A DNA stretch of 42,476 nt. Origin: Halocafeteria seosinensis. Lineage: Eukaryota. The stretch covers positions 124,001-166,476 of the forward strand of contig LVLI01000263.1 in the NCBI GenBank assembly GCA_001687465.1. The letters run 5' to 3'. Below the pieces are notes generated by a model. The model was not told where the DNA came from. It ran no database searches and worked only from the letters and a program-made list of their open reading frames with translations. How positions within the stretch are numbered: the stretch's first letter is position 1; every line of letters starts with the position of its first letter. Made by a program: the position numbers and the translations under genes. This document shows, piece after piece, positions 1 to 10,497 of this stretch.

Positions 1-946
1 CATTTGAAGACTCAAGTACTAGAGGGAAATACGTCTCTTCGTCAAATGATTCTGAGTGATGACCCTTACCAAACGTATGATGAAGTTTTCAGGAAGAGTG
101 AGGTACCAAACGAAGCTGCAGGGGACTTCCGACCCCGTGGATCCCGGTATGCGCTGATAACAGCTGACTTAGCCGATTTAGAGGATTTGAAATCGAAACT
201 ATGTGAAGAGGCAATTGATTTCAGGTAGAGTAAACTTACATATGTGCTCATGCGTTGTAGAGTATCGACTTCACGATGTCCTATTCATACAGTTTACCTA
301 CCCTCTTCATTTCGGAATGCGTACTAGTGTACATGGATCCTCGCCAGAGCACGCAATTGATAAATTGGGCTGGGAATGCATTTCCCAGCGGAGCTTTTGT
401 TACGTATGAACAGATACATCCAGATGATGCTTTCGGGCATGTAAGTGCACACATAAGCTTCTTTGCGATGCACTCCCTTAATGCGTTTTGATATATTGTG
501 TGCATCCATCCGCAGATAATGCAGCAAAACCTGTCCTCAAGGGGTGCGTCCCTGAAAGGGCTTCACGCGTATCCAACCCTGACAGCTCAAGCAGCAAGGT
601 ATACGGATAACGGTTGGTCGTACGCAAGCGTCGCCGATATGAACGACATTTACTACAAGTATATCCCGCAGTAAGTCCACATTTGAGAGGACTGAGATCA
701 TACCGCTCGGCACTGCGATTTGTGCGCAGAGAAAAACTGAAGGACGCCGAACAACTGGAAATTTTCGATGAATTTGAAGAGTGGCACTTGATGATGGGAC
801 ACTACTGTATAGCTGTTGCGATCAATGACCAAAGCAACAGGCTTGGGGAGCCAGATGAGCATGGCGAGGTCCGGATACCCCCGGAATCGCTCTTACGATT
901 ACTGTGGTCAAAGCATATATATTACCCGGATGATACAGCCAAGTAA
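1..946 (+). CDS. LCMT1: Leucine carboxyl methyltransferase 1 (PP2A methyltransferase), 5'-partial, 3 introns in window
   Basis: Spliced reading (introns 225-292, 441-515, ~671-729, GT-AG) gives RYALITADL...IDFSLPTLFISECVLVYM...FVTYEQIHPDDAFGHIMQQNLSSRG...YPTLTAQAARY...EQLEIFDEFEEWHLMMGHYC, the characteristic LCMT1/PPM1 motifs. Confidence 0.9.
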
Positions 947-1569
947 AACGGTGTTAGGCGGTTCCACAATTCAGAGCCTCTCGCTGTCTCCGCATGAGGC
1001 AGACTGAGGTCTGCCAGATGAGGTTGAGCGGACAGTCTCAATCGTAGCACTAAAGTTGTGTAGTACGATTTCTGTATTCAATATACAGTGGTATCCACTC
1101 CTGTTCTTGAACAGTTTCTACCGGTTTTAATTCCGTGCAGGGTGCGTATCTTTCCGCGTCCGCATGGACGGCTACAGGCTTCCACGCACACTGCTATCAC
1201 AGTCTGTTGAACGACCTAAGGGGTACATCGATGACCTTTAATGATACAGATATACTATTTCCCCGTCGGCCTCTTCGCAAGTTCTGCGATATGCGAAGCG
1301 GACGCACGCGGTCACCAGGAGCTGTGTGTTCCCCGCCATTCTTCGCTAGCTCCGGCATTGCGCAAACAGGGCAGTCACTTCCGTACAAGTAGGTTTCCTA
1401 CTCCACGCCTATTGTTACCGTGTAATCTGGATTGATATGTGTTCCAAGTTCTTCAGTTGCTAATTCTGGTCCCCAGACACGATCTGAAGAAGAATAATAT
1501 GCGAAGGCTGGTTCTGTTCTTCGGCGTAAGTCGGCATGTAGCTGGTGCAAGCGAGTGCGGTGGTGAGAA

Positions 1570-4500
1570 ATGAAGGGTGCTATGCGAACGGAGAGGCACA
1601 AGAAAGGAGTGAACAGTCGTCCCACTGTAAGCAGCAGGAGTCTATGGCACTGTTCATTCATTGTTGCGCTGATTTTCAACGCTCTGGCGACCTCCGCCTG
1701 GGCAGCGACGGTGTCTAGACACCGGGTTGGACCGCAAGATGTCAACAGGCTGTTTGCGCAGCAATTTCGACGAGATCCTTTCACCAATACAAACCGTGCA
1801 CTATCTGAACTGAGCGTAGACAATTTTGATGAGCAAGTCGCGCAGATTCTGTTCCATGAGTTCAATGTGTCCTCCCCGCAACAGTTTCGCAACCTCCAAC
1901 TCGACGGCCTCGTAGATGCTTGCGAATCGCTTAAAATTGCCCATACGTCATGGAACGATGTGCAGAGAAATGGTTGTTCGTTGACTCTGGCAAACTTAGA
2001 CTATTGCAACGGAACCCTGGAAGGGGTAGTATGTGACAATTTAGATGTACCGTTCGTGGATGGTTCTGGTGGAGTTGAGAACTTCAGCGTGAGCGTTGTA
2101 GCCGAGCTCGACTTTAGCAACATTCACGTATACGGAAACCTCCCGCAAGAGTTGCATAAGCTGCCTTTTTTACAAATCTTTGCTGTTTCTGGAAGCGTTC
2201 GGACGAAAATACCAACGAAGTTGCGAGGCCTAAAACTCATGTCGGTGTTCGAAATTAGATCGTCCGGTTACATGACACGGATGCTTGGTGTTGGTCAAGA
2301 GATTCACGTACTTTCATCTGAGATATTTTCCCATTGGCCCCTGCTACGATCTCTGTGCTTAGAAAATGTCGGTTTAATCGGAGACTTATCTTTCGACCTC
2401 GCTGGCACACTAGAGTCCTTGCAGGTGCCGAATAACCACCTCCGACTCCCTCCATCAACAGGAGACAACACAACCAGAGAAGGACATGCGTTCTTTCCGA
2501 AACAAAACTTAAGAATAAAGAACCTTAAAGTTCTTGATGTGAGTTTCAATCCCTTGGGACTATACCTGCCCTTCCTGGAATCACAACTATTCACTGAAGA
2601 ATCGAAGTTGAAACACCTCAATTTAGCCGGTACAGGATCTTATGGGCCCTTTTTTACCTCTCTTCCCCGATCTATCGAGACCCTAATTTTAGACAAAAAC
2701 GGAGGGCAGATAACGGGTACACTAGCGCATCCGGGTCTCGCGATGGCGACGAACATGCAAACGTTTCGCTGCACCGAATGCAATCTAGGACTTGGTGGCC
2801 GGGAGAAATCGTCTCAGTCACTATTCGACATGTTTAATTCATCCATAGAGCATTGGCACCATTTGGAGTATTTCGTTCTATCCAACACTGCACCTACAGA
2901 AAGCACTCTGGGGACAACAGTCGAACCGAATGGCTGGACGCACACCGGAGACACAGAGAGGAACATCGATAGTGGTCCTCCACCGTCCATGGCCCCTTTC
3001 ACCAAACTCAGGTATTTTAGATGTAATTCATGTGGTATACGAGAGAAGGTGGCTTCCTTTCCGCCTCCTGCTAGTTCTGAAGAGCCTGGGTATATCTCTG
3101 TACATTTCGGGAACGATTCATCGCACAACGGAGATGCCATCTTAAAGACGAAGTCATTTTTCTTTAGATACTCATTACTTTGTACGCCGGAAATCACTTA
3201 CCCTGGCATAGTAGTTGCTTCACTTAGCTCTCTTAATCGGGGACTCCCGAGTTGTAAATGTCCCCAGGGGTGGTTCGGCCAAGATGGCGCATGCATACCA
3301 TGTCCTTCATCTGCGACGACACAAGGCGATGGAGCCACCAGTCTCCGACAGTGCCTGTGCGGCAAGGGGCAGCATGCTCGCCCCGTAAACGATTCCGTTG
3401 GTGCCACCGCTTTGCTGTCTGAAGAGGGCGGAACTTGGTTCTCTTGCGATGATTGTCCACAAGGAACATTCAAGTCTTCCCCAAAGCATGATGAATGCGC
3501 AGTATGTCCACCACATTCCACTTCCTCTCCCGGGGCCACCAGTCGGTTTCAGTGTCTTTGCGAACCAGGATATGTGGTATCGAGTTCTCCCCAGGATGAG
3601 TTGACATGTGTGCAATGTGGTGCAAACCACTTCAAAGCTTTGGAAGGATTCCAGCAAGGCTGTAGTGTTTGTCCTGTAGGCACCTTTTCTGGAAGGGCAT
3701 CTGCTTCCTGTTCACCGTGTGCTACACAAGGTGTAAAGTGCCAGAATGGAACAGTGTCTCTGGTCCCCGGCTGGTGGCAGCGTCCCATTGAGAACAAGGG
3801 TTCAGCAAACAGAGAACTCGGTATTGACCCTTCAAGACCTTTTCACCGGTGTCCCAATCCTTTTGCTTGCCGTGTCGGTGACGGTCAACATAACTGTTCG
3901 AAGGGATACAGGGGAACGCTATGCGGAGAATGTAACAATCGCGCAGGTTATGTAAAAGTCACCCCATATAGATGTTGGTCCTGCTTCTCTGATTCTTGGA
4001 AAAACGGTATGCTCTTCATGGGCATACTTACCGTTGTAAGCGGGGCAGTATTCGGTTTGGTGTGGTGGCACGCTCAAGTAGGCCGTCACACGAGGTCTGT
4101 AATTGTAAGAATCTTCGCGCAGTACTTGCAACTTCTCGTAGTAGTGGTACCTCTCGCTACGAATGGAAGGGATAATCTCGCTGCTTCGATCTTATCTATT
4201 GAACAGGATTTAGGGTATTTCTTCCTCAAATGCGCTATAACCCCATCGTTTGCCGTTGGAGAAGTACTGCGTTTGTCTGTCCCAATCTTTTGGATATTAG
4301 TATGCGCAGCTACTTGCTTGTGTGCGAAATGGCTACGTTGGACCGGCGATGCTCACTGGATATTCTTCCATTGCTTGGTCACGTTTTATTATCTTTACGT
4401 TTGGAGTATCGTCCGATGGTCTATCGTTGCTTTCCATTGTGAGGAATTTAATGGCCTGAATGTCATGCGTTCCCATCCTGAAATATACTGTTCCTCAGGG

Positions 4501-5370
4501 GAGTATATTGGAGTTGTATCGATGTGGGGGTTCGCTCTTCTGATTTGCTTGGTTGCAGGACAGTTCTTCATTATGAGGCGGGTGTATCGGTGCTACATGA
4601 ATGGTGTTGGAGTAAGTGACATCAGAAGTCTCGGCTTCGTGATCCGCGGTTTCATTCCCGTTTCGTCAAAAAATGCGTATGCGTATTCCGGGTTGACTGA
4701 TGTAGACAGAGTATACTGGTGGTGGCCTGCTGTAATTGTTACGCGGTTTCTCCTTGTGATGATTCTGCGCGAATTCGTGACGGACGTACGGGAATGCAGC
4801 GTTGCAATATTGCTTTGCCTTCTTGGCTACCTTTCGCTGCAGATTCATTGCCGACCATACTTCGAACACATACATAATGTCATCGAAAGTGGAAGTATCC
4901 TGGTGTTGCTCCTGATACCTGCGACCATTATCAGTTCTCCCCTTGACGCAAACCTCCAATCCATTCCCGACACTAAGCATGCCCTTGTATGGTCGATACA
5001 GGTCGCGTACAGCTTGCTTTGCTTGGCTGCTATGGTTTATGTGGGTTGGAGTAGACGCAGCAGTCTAAGTGGTACGAAGTTTTCTGCGAAAGGAGGCCAA
5101 GAACCTGTGGTTTCCGGTATATCTAGTCAGTCAACGAGCGCTGATACAGATGGTAACGAAGTCTTCATCCTGAAGAGTCCGGAGGAGGTCCGTAGCCAAG
5201 ACGAGCTTTTGAGAATGGGTGTCGATTCCGCTACATCAGAAAGCGAGAACAACGACGACCACTGCTCCGAAACGAAGTCGTATGAGGCAGGGGTGCAAGT
5301 TGGTACGCGTTCCCAGTACCTGAAACGCAAGTTAAGCACAGTAGAAGAAAGTGATGAGGAGCCCACATAA
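1570..5370 (+). CDS. Receptor-like membrane protein: signal peptide, leucine-rich repeats, Cys-rich GCC2/GCC3 (ephrin-receptor-like) repeats, C-terminal multi-pass TM region
   Basis: Intronless 1266-aa ORF. Hydrophobic N-terminus, LRR-like units (LKVLDVSFNPL, LKHLNLAGTG, IETLILDKN), repeated CxCxxGxF/CxxCPxGTF units, CSKGYRGTLCGEC, then 7 or more hydrophobic helices ending with QIHCRPYF..HNVIE. Confidence 0.75.
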   Translation: MKGAMRTERHKKGVNSRPTVSSRSLWHCSFIVALIFNALATSAWAATVSRHRVGPQDVNRLFAQQFRRDPFTNTNRALSELSVDNFDEQVAQILFHEFNVSSPQQFRNLQLDGLVDACESLKIAHTSWNDVQRNGCSLTLANLDYCNGTLEGVVCDNLDVPFVDGSGGVENFSVSVVAELDFSNIHVYGNLPQELHKLPFLQIFAVSGSVRTKIPTKLRGLKLMSVFEIRSSGYMTRMLGVGQEIHVLSSEIFSHWPLLRSLCLENVGLIGDLSFDLAGTLESLQVPNNHLRLPPSTGDNTTREGHAFFPKQNLRIKNLKVLDVSFNPLGLYLPFLESQLFTEESKLKHLNLAGTGSYGPFFTSLPRSIETLILDKNGGQITGTLAHPGLAMATNMQTFRCTECNLGLGGREKSSQSLFDMFNSSIEHWHHLEYFVLSNTAPTESTLGTTVEPNGWTHTGDTERNIDSGPPPSMAPFTKLRYFRCNSCGIREKVASFPPPASSEEPGYISVHFGNDSSHNGDAILKTKSFFFRYSLLCTPEITYPGIVVASLSSLNRGLPSCKCPQGWFGQDGACIPCPSSATTQGDGATSLRQCLCGKGQHARPVNDSVGATALLSEEGGTWFSCDDCPQGTFKSSPKHDECAVCPPHSTSSPGATSRFQCLCEPGYVVSSSPQDELTCVQCGANHFKALEGFQQGCSVCPVGTFSGRASASCSPCATQGVKCQNGTVSLVPGWWQRPIENKGSANRELGIDPSRPFHRCPNPFACRVGDGQHNCSKGYRGTLCGECNNRAGYVKVTPYRCWSCFSDSWKNGMLFMGILTVVSGAVFGLVWWHAQVGRHTRSVIVRIFAQYLQLLVVVVPLATNGRDNLAASILSIEQDLGYFFLKCAITPSFAVGEVLRLSVPIFWILVCAATCLCAKWLRWTGDAHWIFFHCLVTFYYLYVWSIVRWSIVAFHCEEFNGLNVMRSHPEIYCSSGEYIGVVSMWGFALLICLVAGQFFIMRRVYRCYMNGVGVSDIRSLGFVIRGFIPVSSKNAYAYSGLTDVDRVYWWWPAVIVTRFLLVMILREFVTDVRECSVAILLCLLGYLSLQIHCRPYFEHIHNVIESGSILVLLLIPATIISSPLDANLQSIPDTKHALVWSIQVAYSLLCLAAMVYVGWSRRSSLSGTKFSAKGGQEPVVSGISSQSTSADTDGNEVFILKSPEEVRSQDELLRMGVDSATSESENNDDHCSETKSYEAGVQVGTRSQYLKRKLSTVEESDEEPT

Positions 5371-5887
5371 TGTCTAATGGTGGGCCTAAGCAGCTCCCTG
5401 TCCCTCTTGCGCTGCGCATCAGTACCAAAATTCAGCCACTTTTTCCAGCGGTACTCTAGTAGAAGAGTTTCCAAAATAATGTACAGTTGCTTATAATTGT
5501 ACTTGTGCATGCAAGCAAGAACTGCACTCCAACTATAGTATAGAATGAATAGCACAAAAAATTCCGTTAAGTTAATGATCCACATTTGTGTGGTCAGTGG
5601 TCAGTAACCTCATTACGCTGTCTCAGAGCCCGTCTGACCACTTCTGCACAAGTTGCCTGTGAACCTAGAGCTGCGTTGGTCTCGAGACTCTCGAATAGTT
5701 TCTCCTGAGGAATTGTTGCGTCTAAGTATCGATTCATTATCGGTATACAGTGGGAACAATTTAAAATTAATGGTTTACTAAGCTGTGGAATGGGAAATCG
5801 GAGCGAAGAAAGGGTGTAGAACAGCTAGTTTGCTTGCATAGACGGACAGAGACACGGGTGCAAAGCGAACCCAAAATATAAGTTAAA

Positions 5888-6467
5888 ATGAGCGCAAAGA
5901 TGTTTATTTCCCGGCTCCGATTGACCGTAAGGGCTCCTTTTCCGACGAGGTTATGCCCCCACAACTTGGATTTTACTCATGGCATGGGAGGTATGTTTTG
6001 AGCTTGCTGCCCCCGGATACATGTCCATCCTTGCAGTACCAGAGAACGTCTAGTCCTGCTGACCCGGAGGACCTGATGTGGTATGTCATTTCTTATACAT
6101 TGTTGTCTGGTACGATTGCAGCGGGAACCCAAAGGGGGTTAATATCATCTATATCGAGAAGTGGAACGAGTTACACCGCGAATGTGGGGTTAGGCTCAGC
6201 ACCAAATCAGCACGCTCTAGAAAGAATTAGTCTTCCCAGTCTTATACATAATCCTTTCACGTCTCCACAAGGCCAAGTTAGGTGTGACAGCACAAAGCGA
6301 AAAAGGGTAAGAAAATATTGCCTCTATTATTGAGAATCACGGGGCATAACCCACACTACCATCTACTTCACCTGGTATGTCAGGCACGCAAGATGAACAA
6401 ACACAAATATCGCAAGTTCAGAAGGAGGATGAGGAACCGTGGTGGCAAAAACTTGAAGTCTGATTAG
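5888..6467 (+). CDS. Mitochondrial ribosomal protein mS38 / COX24 / DUF1713-type small basic protein (5' exon structure uncertain)
   Basis: Removing intron 6307-6383 (GTAAGA..TCAG) gives CDSTKRKRARKMNKHKYRKFRRRMRNRGGKNLKSD*, the mS38/AURKAIP1 signature. An Arg-rich presequence-like start MSAKMFISRLRLT lies at 5888. Confidence 0.75.
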
Positions 6468-6526
6468 GGTAGCGTCAATATGCAATCTCACAAGGTGGTA
6501 TCATAACATTGACCATGAAGTGCTCC

Positions 6527-6816
6527 CTACCGCGAGTTTTCTTTCGATGATTCGAACCTTTCAGATTGCTTGTTCATTTGACAATCTCGAAGAGCTTTTA
6601 CCAGTCCTTGACAATATCTCCAGTCTCTGTTGTTCTCTCCCATACACTTCTCCATCGCGTAGAATTCCTGCGCAAGTGGTTACCTCGGAAGGTGCTGGTT
6701 CCATCAGAAACTTCGCGCAGCGCCCGTACCTTCGAACATCCTGAAGACTGTATTTTACGGTCTATATCATCTTCACTTTCGTTTTCCCCTTTCTCTCTCC
6801 GCGTAACATGCGCCAT
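6527..6816 (-). CDS. COA4: Twin CX9C mitochondrial IMS protein, cytochrome c oxidase assembly factor 4-like
   Basis: Removing intron 6668-6729 gives EDDIDRKIQSSGC-SKEFYAMEK-CMGENNRDWRYC-QGLVKALRD-C, with two CX9C motifs and the DWRxC motif of COA4/CHCHD8. Confidence 0.8.
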
Positions 6817-7241
6817 CTATAACTAACTTGGTGCTGGTGGACAATTCGATTCCTCTGCCCAACAAAAGGCTTTACCACCCCATATGGTTGTAGTATATCA
6901 TTCGATCACACCCACTGTAGCTGCTTATTCCTACTATCTCAACAAGCCTCTTCGTTGACGTGCATTTACTTCATTCGAAAGCTATTGCTATCTGCCGGCC
7001 AGTGCCACCCCCAGTGGCCCTCCTCCACACACCGGGCGGATGCTCTGAATTTCTGAGAGTACTGGTTTGATTTGATAGGTCGACATAAGTACCCCATACC
7101 TCGTACGAGGCATCTTCTTTGTTGTGGTAACAAGGAACAAACAGTAAAGTGCGCTATCTACTTTTCTGCCGTGATACATCTTGAATGGAATTGGAATCAG
7201 AGACTCCTGCCGACCTCCTTTTGTAAACACATAAACCTACA

Positions 7242-9167
7242 ATGGCCGACTCAGATATCCCCAGTAAGGATAAATTGGCAAAATGGCTTCTGGATGAGGT
7301 GCGAAAATGGTAAGTGCGTGGTACGTTGCGTCAGGGGTGACAGTGAAAGCAACAGTTTTGAGTTCCTTGAGGGCAACAGGGCTCCTCAAACGGATCCGTC
7401 GACAATGGCGGACTATGTCCTCGAACTGGTTCGGCAACAAGGAACAGACTCTGCATCTGAAGGACGACACCAGTTCCTTCTGAACCACCTAGGAGAGATC
7501 ATGGGAGATAGTACGTTCTAAAATAGGCTGTAGTCGGACAGCTGGTGTGCTCACGATTTAACTGGCTGAACAATGCAGGCACCGAAACCTTCGTAAATAA
7601 GTTGGAAGATGCACTTGATAATGAAACATACCTTCAAAGAGATACCTCAAGACGCGATGAAAGCAGACGTAGTAGATCTGACAGGCGAAGTAGTGGCAGT
7701 CGAGACCGACGACGGCGCAGTCGGAGTCGGAGCCGAAGCCGTGATCGTGACCATCGTCGACGGCGCAGTCGAAGCCCTCGTAGAGGGAACGAGTCTGGGA
7801 GGGGCGGCAGAGGTGGGCGCTTGAACAATCGGCAGCGAGGGTTTAGGAACTCTGGAGGGGATGGTACGTTTTTTCAGCAAAACAAAGTTCCTCCAGAGGG
7901 TGCACTCCAGTATGGCATAGGGCAGATGCAATTTCAGCCTCCGCAACACACGGGTTTACTCGGTTCACGGCCAACAGGGGTGCGTCTTGATATTGCACAG
8001 GGCGATGGTGAGCCCGTTGACAACCCGGGTGGAATGAAGACGATCCGAGTGACCCGAATCCCCTTTCAATTATGCAGCATAGTAGCTTTGAGCCAGTACT
8101 TCCAGAAATTTGGACATATCGCGAACATGAACTTACGAGACGAAAACGGGGAAGCGTTTGTCCAATTTTCTGACCCAGATTCTGCCACGAGAGCTGTTAA
8201 CGATCGTGCACCTGTTTGCGACGAGCCGTCCATCGTGGTGCGCTTTGCGCGGTTCGAACTCGGTTCAAAACGAAACAAGCCCCGTGGCGGAAAACACTAC
8301 CAAGGCCCGTCGCGAAATCAAAGAGGACAGTACTGGAACGGTCAAGAGACTACTCAGGAAGGTGATGAGTACCGTGACAAGAGTCAGCCGGCAGCCAGTC
8401 ATTTGGAACGGGAGTTGACACCGCAAGAGAGGCAGACTGAATTCCTACGTAGGCAGGAAGAGCAAGAAGAGCAACTTAACAAGATGATCCAGGAGCAGCA
8501 AGAACAGTTCCGAAGACTCCGCGAAGAAACGCTCAGTAAAGAAGAAAAACAACAGCTCAAAAAAGATTTGGTCGAAAAGTCGAAAGTGATACAGAAGAAA
8601 CAAGTGCATTTGCAAAATGCATTTAAAACGGCTAAACGGGCGGCAGAAGCTCTTCGTGGTGAAGAGCCTTTGAGTATGCCTCCTGGTGGTCATAGCGAGG
8701 AAGAAGACAACGATGTGGTATTCTCTCATGCATCTGCCCGAATTCAAGAAGAATGGAAACCCATGACTTCCCGAAATCAGAGTGATGAATCTGTAGAAGA
8801 AGTTTCTGCTCCGGAAACCGATAAGAACACATCAATTAGAGAAAACCCTAGTAGAGCCAGTACCGTCGTGGACAATAGGACCACAAAAGTGCTGGTATAT
8901 TTGCCTGCTGACCATGATGGTGAAGTTGATGCCAAGGAAGACGTAGTTTCGGCACTAAATGATTATGGGGTAGCAGAGGTAGTTGGTGAGGATAAGGAAA
9001 CGATAATAGTGGATTTTAAGAACCGCAGAGCTGCAGAAAGAGCTGTTAAGGATGGCGCAACCGTCGCGGGCCAGCAGTTAAAGATCGAGTGGTACGACAC
9101 AAGGAAGCGCCAAAAAGCTGAACAACAAACTACAACAGCGGAAGAAGCAACAGTGGAAGAGGCATAA
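7242..9167 (+). CDS. PWI + RS domain + two RRM RNA-binding protein (RBM26/RBM27-like), 2 introns
   Basis: Spliced N-terminus MADSDIPSKDKLAKWLLDEVRKW/APQTDPSTMADYVLEL...TETFVNKL is PWI-like. It is followed by an RS tract, RRM1 (IRVTRIP..LSQYFQKFGHI..EAFVQF), a coiled coil, VVDNRTTKVLV and RRM2. Confidence 0.8.
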
Positions 9168-9217
9168 CTCTCAACATTTTGTTCACGATTTCATTCTTCA
9201 GGACGAAGTATTGCTAG

Positions 9218-10212
9218 TCAAAGTCCCGATGCCGAGTACCCTCCGTCGACTGCGAGCAGAACCGCGTATCTCTCTCTCTCTAACCACACGAAAGTGCCAG
9301 CGTCATTTCACGTACCGAAAAGCGTTTGTCCAGTGATCTTCTTCGAGTTATCCGATGCCAAAAATGTTGCCGTTTCTCCGACGTCTTCAATGGTAATATC
9401 TCCCTCTAGGAATCGTTTCTCCTTGGATGCGTTGTACAAGTCGAGAAATCCGGGGATCCCCCTCGCGGCAGGTGTTTGAATGGGACCCGGACTGATGCAG
9501 TTCACACGGGTATTATATGGTCCCTGATGACGTTATCGAAGAAACAGAAGGAATAGGTTGGTCCGTAGTCAACTCGGTCGTGGCTGGGCAATCACTTACC
9601 AATTCAGCTGCGAGGGACCGGCAAGTGGCTTCCAATGCAGCCTTGGCTGGTCCCATCGCCTTATAGTTCTTGATCGCTCTTTCACCTCCTAGAAAACTTA
9701 ACCCTATTACAGAGCTGGCTTGTGATGCTTTCAAAAGAGGCAATGCCTCTCGAGTGAGAGCCACCATGGAATAACAACTCACATCTAGCGTGTACAGGAA
9801 GTCCTGTCGTTTCGTATCCACAAAATCGGATTGCATTGCCTCACCGGTGCTCGTGGCAATCGAATGACATAGCCCATCAAGACGTCCTTCAAAGCTTTCA
9901 CTTATGGTTCTCATAGCTTCAAAAACCGACTGGTCCTCAGAGACATCGCACTCCACTAACAACGGAGGATTCTCCTCCCAATCTTTGGTCAGATCTTCCA
10001 CGCGCTTCTTGAACCGCTCCGACTGATATCCAATTGCAACTTGTGCCCCTGCATTATACCATGCCTGCAATAATCATCTTGTTAATGAACGAAACCCTCG
10101 TCTCACGACCCCTTGTGTACGTAGTAGTGTCCGAACATACATTAGCAATTCCCCATGCTATGGAACGCTGGCTGGCCACACCAAACACAGCCAAACGCTT
10201 ACCGACGAGCAT
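9218..10212 (-). CDS. fabI: Enoyl-[ACP] reductase, bacterial FabI-type SDR, 3 introns
   Basis: MLVGKRLAVFGVASQRSIAWGIA/NAWYNAGAQVAIGYQSERFKKRV...DVSCYS...LSFLGGERAIKNYKAMGPAKAALEATCRSLAAEL/GPYNTRVNCISPGPIQTPAARGI...ITGQTLF/VDGGYSASGL*. Introns at 10065-10140, ~9524-9599 and ~9250-9315. Confidence 0.88.
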
Positions 10213-10497
10213 TTTCGCATCCTATGCAGACTAAACGATCAATAATACTCTCTAGCTATGCACATCCCGAAATTCTTGCCAGCATTCCACGACTAATTCC
10301 CCGTAGTAAAGCTCAGCAGAATCGATCAGCGACGGCTACGTTTCCAAACTTCAACTTCAAGGACAGATGCATGAACTTGTTGTATACACGTCGACACGAA
10401 CCGACTTGTCGTGCTATCCCGGGCGGATACGTTTTTTTAATGCGCTAAAAGTGCTCACATCAACGACAAAAGAAAGTATAACATCCCTTCCCTCATA

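Noticed and set aside
1135..1892. Short ORFs here and the many antisense or overlapping ORFs across the track
   Set aside because: They have no recognisable motifs and are shadows of real genes or intron read-through.
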